From the NCBI RefSeq assembly GCF_044704955.1, contig NC_091982.1, positions 235,662,001 to 235,726,000 of the forward strand: DNA of 64,000 bases, written 5' to 3'. A program made the position numbers and the translations under genes. Within the stretch, counting starts at the first letter, position 1. Every line of letters begins with the position of its first letter. The DNA comes from Pristiophorus japonicus (Eukaryota). Positions 11,272 through 21,787 of this stretch are shown in pieces. Below the pieces are notes generated by a model. It searched no databases and was not told the DNA's origin. It saw nothing but the letters and a program-made list of their open reading frames with translations.

Positions 11272-11885
11272 GGGCTCAATTTGTGCTGTTTTTTGGGAGC
11301 AGGCTCTCTTTGGCCTAAGTTGAAAAACCACAGTTTGCCGGATCAATTTGCACCAGCATAACTCTGTTAGTTACGATTTTTTTTGGTCAGTTTTCTTTTC
11401 AGCCAAAGGGGTAGAAACCAGCCACCTATGCCAATTGCCATTTCGGGAAGTTTGGCCAGCTGAGAGTTACTCCAGTTCTGATTAGGCCAGTCGAATGTTG
11501 CCTCTGCAGAAAAACCTTCCCGAGAGTTAAGGAAATTGGCGCAGCAGATGCCCGGACACACACAAAGAATTGAAAAACACATAGCAGCAACTTACCTCCA
11601 ACCCCACCCGAAGGGCTTGCTGGTCCAGTCCCATTCTCCCGGTCCGGTCCCATTAGCGAGAGAGACTCAGCTTGCAGTGTGTCCCTGGTTACCATGGCAG
11701 TCTGATCTTTATCGCGCATAACAAGGCTCCACCCCCAAAACTAAAGGTCGGGTTACGCCACGCCAAAATGAACAAATCCAACGGGGAAACTTAGAATATT
11801 TTTTTTGCCGTTCTTGGGGCCCCAAAAAATCAGGCGTAACTCTTCAAGTACTCCAAAAAAAAATGCTTTGGGGAAAATTGAGCCC
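11272..11885. mobile_element. MITE, same family as 3304-3925, opposite orientation
   Basis: GGGCTCAATTT...GGGGAAAATTGAGCCC termini; body is the reverse complement of the first copy. Confidence 0.75.
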
Positions 11886-12777
11886 ATTGTATCAATGGAT
11901 TGATTACTTAGAACATAATATAAGAAATAGATGCAGAAATAGGCCATTTGGCCCCTCGAGCCTGCTCCGCCATTTAATAAGATCATGGCTAATCCGATCA
12001 TGGACTCAGCTCCACTTCCCCACCCGCTCCCCATAACCCTTTACTCCCTTATCACTCCAATCTTTCCATCTCTACCTTAAATTTATTCAGTGACCCAGCC
12101 TCCACAGCTCTTTGGGGCAGAGAATTCCACAGATTTACAACCCTCAGAGAAGAAATTCCTCTTCTCCTCAGTTCTAAATGGGCGGCCCCTTATTCTTAAA
12201 CTATGCCCCCTAGTTCTACTTGAAAATGATCACTGAGGAAATGAAAGATAACAAGAAGATAGAAAGTAGTTGCTCCTCAAATGGATGCCCTAACCATGGT
12301 TATAATCATTTATCCAATCATATCTTAATCAAACACAAGTTTAATTAAATAACATATATAAAAAATATAATTTCATATCGCACTGAATAACATGAATAAG
12401 TTGGAAATCTGGTTATGTTCTCATTGCATGAATTAAACTCTTTCAAAAGATGACAAACATATATAATCTATCTTTTGTCCCAAGTGCACTTTCAGCTTTC
12501 GAGTATATTTCTTTGCTCAAACTAGTTTCCTCACATTCCTATAGCGCGTCCTGTTGGCTCGGACAAATTGTGCTTTGGTCCAAATTATAAAAGCCCAAAG
12601 TACGAATGTTGTAAAAGTGATTTTTTTGTTTCTTTCTCAGTCTATTTGTCAAGTAATCAGGGGCACCGCAGCAAAAGGTTAAAAATAAAGTTTTAAAATT
12701 TCTGCGATGGGTTTTAAGATTCCCGCATTATACAGCTTTCAAGCAGCACTAGCGGAATATACAAGACAGCATCCATT

Positions 12778-13776
12778 TTATTTGCACAATGTTAAGCTGG
12801 TCTCGTTTGCCCCCTCTTCATCCCCACTTCTCTTCTTGCGCTGGATCTCTTTAGTTGATCCAAAGGTTTCCGTAATTTTTGATCGGAATGATTTGCAGAG
12901 GTAGAAATACAAAATGGGATCAAAGCAGAGATTGAGAACAGCTAAAAGGAACGTGGACTCCTTTGCCAGAAACAGGGCTCGCTGTACAGTGCAGTCTCTC
13001 ACTGGCTTGTATTGACTGAGAGTGTACGGAGTCCGCACAATGTGGTACGGGACGAAGCAAATAACGTAGACGCCAGTCAGTATGAAAATATGCCTCACTG
13101 TTTGCTGCACGTCTTTCTGCATTTCTCTATCCTTGTTGTTATAGAGTTTTTTCACCACGAGGAAGTTGGAGGTTAGCAGCACAACTGAAACATTCATGAA
13201 TATCGCGATGCAGATAAAGTTGGTGAGGACATGCCAGTGCAGACCCAACGTGGTCTTGATCTCCGCGCACCTCAGGAGAGGCTTTGCGTCTATGCTTTTG
13301 ATGGGGATTGCCATGTTTGGCACCATCAGCAGCAGGACCATTCCCCACACCACGACGGACATCATTTTCGCGAAACCTGGTTCCTGTATCCGTTGGAATC
13401 TTGAGTTTCCTGATAGCTGAATGTATCGATCTATGCTCACGAAGCCCAGAAATATAATCGATGAATACATATTAATATAGATAAGGCAAGCCGTGACCTG
13501 ACAGTGGAAGATCTTCAAATTCCAGGGAGCAATACCCAAGTTAACAGCTATTTTGAAAGGTAGAGCCAAACTCAGCAGAAAATCGGCAGTCAGTAGGTTA
13601 ATTAGATAGATATTAAGGCATTTTCGAGCCTTTCTTTGGCTAATGAATGCCCAAAGTGCTATGAAACTCCCAATAATGCCAATCAGGAAGATTAAATAAT
13701 AGAAGTAAGTGAGAGCCTCCAAATTGTTGTTGATTATACACCGAGTACTGGAGCTGTTTGAAGATTCGGAGCTCAT
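12778..13776 (-). CDS. GPR171: G protein-coupled receptor 171 (P2Y12-like subfamily), 332 aa, single coding exon
   Basis: 7TM with YLINLLTADFLL, LKIFHCQVTACLIYINMY, DRY, CFVPYHIVR, AKESTFLLAVLNLCFDPILY typical of GPR171; first true ATG at 13776 follows a splice acceptor (cttctcgtttcAG, 13819-13818). Confidence 0.92.
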   Translation of the reverse strand: MSSESSNSSSTRCIINNNLEALTYFYYLIFLIGIIGSFIALWAFISQRKARKCLNIYLINLLTADFLLSLALPFKIAVNLGIAPWNLKIFHCQVTACLIYINMYSSIIFLGFVSIDRYIQLSGNSRFQRIQEPGFAKMMSVVVWGMVLLLMVPNMAIPIKSIDAKPLLRCAEIKTTLGLHWHVLTNFICIAIFMNVSVVLLTSNFLVVKKLYNNKDREMQKDVQQTVRHIFILTGVYVICFVPYHIVRTPYTLSQYKPVRDCTVQRALFLAKESTFLLAVLNLCFDPILYFYLCKSFRSKITETFGSTKEIQRKKRSGDEEGANETSLTLCK

Positions 13777-16177
13777 TGTGTGCAGTCTCAAACAACAACT
13801 TGACAATTTATTCCGATCTGAAACGAGAAGCAAGAATGAGATTGAAAATGAATTTCTGCATTGCTTTTAAATCAAATCAAAGACATTCAATTATTCAGGC
13901 ATTTCTGACTTTGGGGGAGAAGGAGGGGCGGGGTGTGTGGGGAGAATCTATACAGGAGAGATTTTAATGGGTTAATATAGCCGAGGGTGAGAGGGAACCT
14001 CGTAAAATAAATTTAGATGACATCAAAGTAACCATAAGAGAAAACATACTTTACTATGTTGACGCTTTAATAAGGCAACTTGCCTAGTGTGTTGAAATTT
14101 TCAACCAGATGAGCAAACAGTTTGTTATCTCGACAAGGTAGATTCTTGCTGACCTGGAGTTGCTGCCGTATCCAAGTGAGGGTATTGTAGCTGCGAATAT
14201 AGTCGTCCTTTTTCAGAATGGAGCACCAATGTTGCACAATGATGAGTTTGGGGTGACACTGATGTTTTAAGTCTCCAAATCCCTCTGCAGCTTGAATAAA
14301 TTTGAGAAAGGAAGTATGTTAGCACCCTCGTATCTTGTTTCTCTTCGAAGGAAACAGCTTGTAGGAAATGCTTAATGAGTGAGAAAATGTGTCACCTGCG
14401 CTCAGTGGAAGGCTATTAATGACCTTTTTAAGAAGTTAATCACCATTTTTTTCGCCTGTTGATTCGGTCATTAACGTAACTTTTACATGCCAACCACCTT
14501 GTACATTCCCAGCGGTGCTGCACTCCCTCCCTGAATTTCCCTTATTACTCACACTCTGCATCAGCAGTTGGCTTGTTTCAGTTTACTAGAAACATGAGTT
14601 ACAGTAATAGTCTTTCTAAAGTGTAGTCTGTGTTATTGGGAGCTATTAAGACATCTGCAATTCTCAGTTATCAAGTAGCTCTTGGCTGCAAACATAATGC
14701 TTACTGATCAAGTTCTACTTCAGGCGCTGCAGCAGTCCCTGTAATCCCTACCCTCTTTACATTGATTACAGTGCTTGGTTCCTGATGGCAGTGCTTTTCA
14801 ATGGTAGATTTTTAGGGACAGCCGAGCGGGTCTCAAACAATTTCCAGTTGATTTTCAGAATTCTTCAATCTTATTTTTCTCTCCAACACACAAATGACTC
14901 AAGCGGCCCTTTAAACATTCATTGCTGCAAAAGGAAATTAGTGGAACAGAAAGAGATGTTGATGTGACAAGCCTGCAAGACTGAAGGGAGGAGGAAGTGA
15001 AATAGATTCGACTTTAGATAAATGTTGTGGTAGCGACAATAATCAGTAACGGGCACGAAAGCAACAAATGGTTCAGGTGGAGCAAACATTTTTGCTTGTT
15101 GACGGGTTTAACAATTACGGAGAGAGTGATTCCATTCAGCTTTGTCAGCTATATATTGCTGTTCTTTAACTTCAGAGGACGGTGGGGGGTGGGGGGGAGA
15201 GAGAAAAGCTGTGTTAAAAGCAGGATTGATTGTCGCAGGATCCTGAAAAGACTGATTTTTAAAAAAAAATTAAAAATCCTGGAAGCCCATGTAATGAAAA
15301 CCCAATTTGTCTTTGTTCAATCACTGACCCTCATTGTAAGGCCTCTTTATATAATATGGGCAGGTGCACAATATTAACATTTTTCACAACAAAAACACAT
15401 GCAATTGCAAAATGTGATTCTAACAGCACTGTAAAGCCTGGAATCCAATGTAATAAGAACACAACGCAACCACTCGGTCACCTCAAACCCGTGGCTCTGG
15501 CCATGTCCATTTTCTTTCACTCTGCGGACAGATTTAGCTGGATCGCGGCAGGATTGACGGGACCGTTATTTCACAGACTGCCTCCGAATGGCTAAACCTA
15601 TCCCATCATGCTCTTAGTGTAGCACCAGAGTAAACTTTATTTATATATTTTCTGTTTTAAAAAAAGTGATTTTTCAAAACTATGCTGACAGGCATATACA
15701 TAAGAAATAGGAGCAGGAGTAAGCCATACAGCCCCTCGAGCCTGCTCTGCCATTTAATATGATCATGGCTGATCTGATCATGGACTCAGGTCCACTTCCC
15801 TACCCGCTCCCCATAACCCCTTATTCCCTTATCGGTTAATAAACTGTCTAGTTGCTGGAAAAATCATCAATGTTAAAACGTTGCAATGGTATTTGTAGTT
15901 TGCAAAGCCTTGGGTTAACATTTTTAATTTAAAACAAATGCCTGGTCTATCACCATTTCTGAATTGTCAGCAGAACACACTGGCAAGAGCGAAGTCGTGG
16001 GCCGACATTTTTTAATCCAGCAGTTTTTCTACAAAATATGCTTTTTTTAAAAAAAAAAAGTGTTTAAGATGTTTGGTTTTCACATGTAAACACTTTACCT
16101 CCTGATCAATTAACAATCACAGCGCAAAATAGTTTGGTGTCTTTTAAGGTACCAAAATAAAAATATAACTTCCATAC

Positions 16178-16400
16178 CTGATTCACAAAACAGCTAATTC
16201 TGTTTCTGAATGAGCTCCATTAGACGGGAACCTTGGTTGCATGAGGAGAAGCAGCTGGCTGTTTGAGTCGTGTACTGTCGACAGCAGTGCCGTGCAGCAG
16301 TCTAACCACGTTACTCTGATTCAGAGGAAAACATGTGTATCGTTCGCTGTGGGATGTGTGGTCTTTTGAAAAGATTGACGTAGATGAAACCAAACTGTCA
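16178..16400 (-). promoter_or_regulatory. Candidate 5' UTR exon/promoter region of GPR171
   Basis: Minus-strand donor CAG|GTATGG at 16178/16177 in repeat-free sequence, with TGTGGT (RUNX-type) and GAGGAA (ETS-type) motifs nearby; upstream boundary is a guess. Confidence 0.35.
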
Positions 16401-17054
16401 CAGAGCCAGACCGCTGTGCATATGTGATGGTATTCTCTGCACCCAAAGTGCCTCGTGCAGATTTGGACTTGACGCTTTTTGTTCATGTAAGAGCCTTTTT
16501 TAAAAAGACAGTTGTCCCTCCTGAAATAGCTTTGTGTGGGCAGCTTTGCCTCCTCCCCACTGTTTCACAAACATGTGTTGTGATAAGATTAGTGCCTGAT
16601 TTTATCTGCAATGCCATTACAATAAGTGTAATGGTCGCTCCCTTTTACAAAAATGGTGACTTTTTAAGAAGTCATGGGTCATGGGTCTCATGTCAGGGTG
16701 GTGCAACCGTCCCTCTCTTCAGCTGCCTTTGCCCGAAGTGCTAGAATTACCTTCCTAAACCTCTATGTGTCTCTCCTCGTTTGAGACGTTCCTTAAAACC
16801 TACCAGTTTGACCAAGCTCCTGTCCTAATATCGCTCTACGTAGCTTAATGTCAAATTTTGTTTGATAACACTCATGTGAAGCACCTTGGGACATTTTGCG
16901 ACATATAAATGCAATTTTCTTTATGGCTCTAAACCAAATATTCTTGTTTTTACATTGAAGTTTGTCAGTATTCTAAAGTGTAGTGTAGGGAGGACGTATA
17001 GCCAAAACAGTCCAAATAATGGTCCTTATTGTATTATATCCTAAACATTTTTAT

Positions 17055-19384
17055 CAAGTCATGGCGCCCTCCTTCAGCTGATGAATCGCTACTCTTCCAT
17101 GTTGAACACCACTTGGAAGAAGCACAGAGTAGTAAGGGCACTGAATGTACACTGGGTGGGGGACTTCAATGTCCATCACCAAGATTGGCTCGGTAGCACC
17201 ACTACTGATCGAGCTGGCCGAGTCCTGAAGGACATAGCTGCCAGACTGGGCCTGCAGCAGGTGGTGAGAGAACAAACACGAGGGAAAAACCTGCTTGACA
17301 TCATCCTCACCAATCTACCTGTCACAGATGCATCTGTCCATGACAACATTGGTGGCAGTGATCACTGCATAGTCCTGTGGAGACGAAATCCCATCTTCAC
17401 ACTGAAGACACCCTCCATAGTGTTGTGTGGCACTACCACTGTGCTAAATGGAATAGATTCAGAACAGATTAAGCAGCTCAAATCTGGGCATCCATAAGGC
17501 GTTGTGGGCCATCAGCAGCAGCAGAATTGTATTCCACCACAATCTGTAACCTCATGGCCCGGCATATCCCTCACTCTACCATAACCATCAAGGCAGGGAA
17601 CCAACCCTGGTTCAATGAGGAGTGTAGAAGAGCATGCCAGGAGCGGCACCAGGCACACCTAAAAATGAGGTGCCAGCCTGGGGAAGCTGCAACACAGGAC
17701 TACATGCACGCTAAACAACAGAAGCAGCATGCGATAGACAGGGCTAAGCGATCCCACAATCAATGGTTCAATCAAAGCTCTGCAGTCCTGCCACATCCAG
17801 TTGTGAATGGTGGTGGACAATTAAACAACTAACGGGAGGAGGAGGCTCCATCAATATCCCTATCCTCAATGATGACAGAGCCCAGCACGCGAGTGCAAAG
17901 GACGAGGCTGAAGCATTTGCAACCATCATCAGCCACAAGTGCCGAGTGGATGATCCATCCCGGCCTCCTCCTGAGGTCCCCACCTTCACAGAAGCCAGTC
18001 TTCAGCCAATTCGACTCACTTCACGTGATGTCAAGAAACAGCTGAGGGCATTGGATACAGCAAAGGCTATGGGCCCCAACATCCCGTCTGCTGTGCTGAA
18101 AACTTCTGTTCCAGAGCTTCTGTCAGGACCACTTGGCTCCAGACCTCATTACAGCCTTGGCCGAGGCCTAAACATGGAGAAAAGAGCTGAATTCCAGAGA
18201 TGAGGTGAGAGTGACTGTCCTTGACATCAAGGCAGCATTTGACTGAGTGTGGCATCAAGGAGCCCGAATAAAACTGAAGTCAATGGGAATCAGGGGGAAA
18301 ACTCTCCATTGGCTGGAGTCATACCCATCACAAAGGAAGATGATTGTGGTTGTTGGAGGTCAATCATCTCAGCCCCAGGACATCGCTGCAGGAGTTTCTC
18401 AGGGCCGTGTCCTAGGCCCAACCATCTTCAGCTGCTTCATCAATGACCTTCCCTCCATCATAAGGTCAGAAGTGGGGATGTTCACTGATGACTGCACAGT
18501 GTTCAGTGCCATTCGCAGTTCAGCAGATAATGGAGCAGTCCATGCCCGCATGCAGCAAGACCTGGACGATATTCAGGTTTGGGCTGATAAGTGACAAGTA
18601 ACATTCGCGCCACACAAGTGCCAGGCAATAACTATCTCCAACAAGTGAGAATCTAACCACCACCCTCTAACCTTCAACGGCATTACCATCGCTGAATCCT
18701 CCACCATCAACTTCCTGGGGGTCACCATTGACCAGAAACTTAACTGGACCAGCCACATAAATACTGTGGCAACAAGAGCGGGTCAGAGGCTGGGTATTCT
18801 GCGGCGAGTGTCTCGCCTCCTGACTCCCCAAAGCCTTTCCACCATCTACAAGGCACAAGTCAGGAGTGTGATGGAACCCCCCCCACTTGCCTGGATGAGT
18901 GCAGCTCCAACAACACTCATGAAGCTCGACACCATCCAGAACAGAGCAGCCCGCTGGATCGACATTCCATCCACCACCTTCAACATTCACTCCCTCCACC
19001 ATCGGCGCACCGTGGCTGCAGTGTGTACCATCTACAAGATGCACTGCAGCAACTCGCCAAGGCTTCTTCAGCAGCACCTCCCAAACCCGCGACCTCTACC
19101 ACCTGGCAGGACAAGGGCAGCAGGCGCATGGGAACACCACCACCTCCGCGTTCCCCTCCCAGTCACACATCATTCTGACTTGGAAGTATATCGCCGTTCC
19201 TTCATTGTCGCTGGGTCAAAATCCTGGAACTCCCTCCCTAACAGCGCTGTGGGAGCACCTTCACCACACGGACTGCAGCGGTTCAAGACGGCTCACCACC
19301 ACCTTCTCCAGGGCAATTAGGGACGGACAATAAATGCTGGCCTTGCCAGCGACACCCATATCACATAAAGGAATTTAAAAAAAT
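17055..19384 (+). mobile_element. Degenerate, internally deleted CR1-superfamily LINE (Zenon-like 3' end)
   Basis: VGDFNVHH, GSDH, PWFNEEC, GVSQGRVLGP, FTDDCT, YKAQVRSVME pieces across frameshifts; ends AATAAATGCTGGCCTTGCCAGCGAC..A-rich. Confidence 0.85.
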
Positions 19385-19757
19385 TTACAGTATTGTAGCT
19401 TAATTAGCAATTTCCTCTCCCATTTGTTCGCCCCCATCCCACCTGTATGCCGTGACCGACCTCGTCCAAATCAGGGTTTCCCCCTAAGCCTTCGATTACT
19501 TTTGAAAATAAATCTTTCCGGTTGGCCCTTTGGAACATTTCAATACAGTTTGATCTATATTAATCTGTCAGCTTTTAAGTTCACACTTTCCAGCTACAAA
19601 ACCTCGCGTGCCGGTAAAACATTATGACTTGTTAATATATATGTTTCCTTTACTGCCCTGTTATTGTATATTGTGCTTAAAACAACAAATTAATGGGTGT
19701 GAGCAGAGGCCATTTTCAGTGTAAAGAATTTCTAACCTCTACCCATTTAAGTAACTT

Positions 19758-20306
19758 TTTTTTTAAAAGAACTGAAGGTTTTTAATTTCTCTCCAAAATA
19801 TCACGCGCCCCCGCGTTGAATGTTTTCTTGCTCACTGCTGCAACCTGACCCGCGATTCTGTCCAAGTCTCTCTGCCCCTGTGGAGTCAGCCTGCGACCAC
19901 CGTTGGGGTCCTTCTCCACCATCTTCAGCCCCTCGAGGGACTGCAGCACCCTCCTGGCGACGGACTTGGAGCCGCGGCTGAAGTGACTGGGCTTCACGCC
20001 GTTGCGCTGGCGGCCGCCATAGATCTTGGTCATGGCTCCCACGCCGACCCCTCCCCGCAGGTACAGGTGACGCACCGTGGAGGCAGCTCGGGTATAATAC
20101 CAGTTCTCATCGTAAGGGGCCAGCTCCTTGTGTTTGCCCAGCTTCACTGTGTCGACCCAGTCAGAAACCTTTAGCTTGCCCGACTTCTTGAGAAAGGCGC
20201 CCAGAGCTCTGACGAACTCCTGCTGATTCACGTCTTTGACCGTTACGCCAGGCATCGTCTCTATGCTGCCGCCTGCACTCTGCACCAGAAAAAACAAAAG
20301 GGCTAT
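19758..20306 (-). pseudogene. RPS19: Processed retrocopy of 40S ribosomal protein S19 (ORF 19782-20255, 157 aa)
   Basis: [18 protein letters not shown]...[12 protein letters not shown] without introns; 5' pyrimidine (TOP-like) tract, ATTAAA signal, A9 tail, 7-bp TSD GTAACTT (19751-19757, 20307-20313). Confidence 0.93.
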
Positions 20307-20318
20307 GTAACTTGTTCG

Positions 20319-20553
20319 TTTTTTTTTATTTGTAGCCAATCTTTCCAATTCTTTGTCAAATCACAAACGCCAGAGGTCACCTTGCACACATCAAGGATCA
20401 CTCTGCGCCAATGCTCTTAGCCAAAAGGCCGAGAGCCACTGCACCGTTCCTGGAAGTACTGCAATACCAGGTTCGTGCCATGGAGGTGGATGGATCAGCA
20501 ACCCCACACACCTCCGTGGAGGTGGATGGGTCAATCCGCCCCACCCACCTCCT
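20319..20553 (-). mobile_element. U2 snRNA-derived, circularly permuted, poly(A)-tailed retroposed element
   Basis: Minus strand: U2 3' stem-loop IV (ACCTGGTATTGCAGTACTTCCAGGAACGGTGCA, 20472-20440) precedes the U2 5' end (TCTCGGCCTTTTGGCTAAGA, 20434-20415), then unique sequence, AATAAA and A-tract. Confidence 0.75.
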
Positions 20554-20842
20554 ATAGCTGCTTAGAGTCACCTACAGCTGTAAATAATCAAATGTATTCC
20601 ATTTGGCTGTGCAGACCCATTACTTTAAATTCCTAAACTTGAGCACTCCTTTCTGCGAATGGTGACAGTGAAAAACGACACAGAAATTGGTTGTAGTCTG
20701 TTGACGAGGGAAACTTTCCGACTTGGACCTGTCCTGATTGGCATCCAGGACTGCAAAAGTGGACGTTCCTCTGAGGGGCAGGGGCTTTTTCAAGAGCTTG
20801 TATTTTAATTTAGCTGGATATGTTGCTAGAGCCTCTGTGGTG

Positions 20843-21060
20843 TCAGCTGTGGCTCAATGGCAGCACTCGCGCCTCTGAATCATTAATGGTTGTAGGTTCA
20901 AGTCCCACTCCAGAGACTTGAACATAGGCAGACACTCCCAGGGAATGCTGAGGGAGTGCTGTGTTGTCGGAGGTGTGCCGTCTTTCCAGGGCTCCTCGGC
21001 CCTCTTGAGTGGAAGTAAAAAGATCCCATGGCATTATTTCAAAAGAGCAGGGGAGTTGTA
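20843..21060 (+). mobile_element. Partial Deu-type tRNA SINE
   Basis: Same head and body as 2609-3072. Confidence 0.75.
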
Positions 21061-21186
21061 AGATTACAAGCACAGATCACACACAGACACCCAAAGGGAT
21101 TTGTAAGGTGTTTTATTGAAGAGCTACAGTTTTAAAGCACAATCAGATATGACGTACGGTTAGGATAGCTATAATAGACATACATC

Positions 21187-21787
21187 CCACCCTCCTGTAT
21201 GGCTCAGAAATATGGACCATGTACAGTAGACACCTTAAGTCCCTGGAGAAATACCACCAACACAGTCTCCGCAAGATCCTGAAAATCCCCTGGGAGGACA
21301 GACACACCAATGTTGCCGTCCTTGTCCAGACCAACATCCCCAGCATTGAAGCACTGACCACACTTGACCAGCTCTGCTGGGCGGGCCACATTGTCCGCAT
21401 GCCAGACATGAGACTCCCAAAGCAAGCGCTCTACTTGGAACTCCTTCACTGCAAACGGGCCAAAGGTGGGCAGTGCAAACATTATAAGGATACCCTCAAA
21501 GCCTCCCTGATAAAGTGCAACATCCCCACTGACACCTGGGAGTCCCTAGCCAAAGACCGCCCTAAGTGGAGAAGTGCATCCGGGAAGGTGCTGAGCTCCT
21601 CGAGTCTCGTCGCCGAGTGCATGCTGAAAACAAGTGCAGGCAGCGGAAGGAGCGTCCTACCCTCCCTTTCCCTCAACGACTGTCTGTCTCACCTGTGACA
21701 GAAACTGTGGTTCTCTTATTGGACAGCCACCTAATAATTCATGTTAAGAGTGGAAGGAAGTCTTCCTCGATTCCGAGGGACTGACTG
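21187..21787 (+). mobile_element. RTE LINE 3' fragment; its tail is interrupted by an LTR element
   Basis: MYSRHLKSLEKYHQ..RMPDMRLPKQAL; tail GAGGGACTGA| resumes as CTATGATGATG at 25050. Confidence 0.85.

Noticed and set aside
13777-13833. N-terminal extension of GPR171 in the ORF track
   Set aside because: Starts at TTG and crosses a splice acceptor; the true start is the ATG at 13776.
20256-20348. N-terminal extension of RPS19 in the ORF track
   Set aside because: Non-ATG start reading through the A-tract, TSD and 5' UTR.
20415-20472. Functional U2 snRNA gene
   Set aside because: Segments are permuted, and the branch-point recognition region and Sm site are absent.
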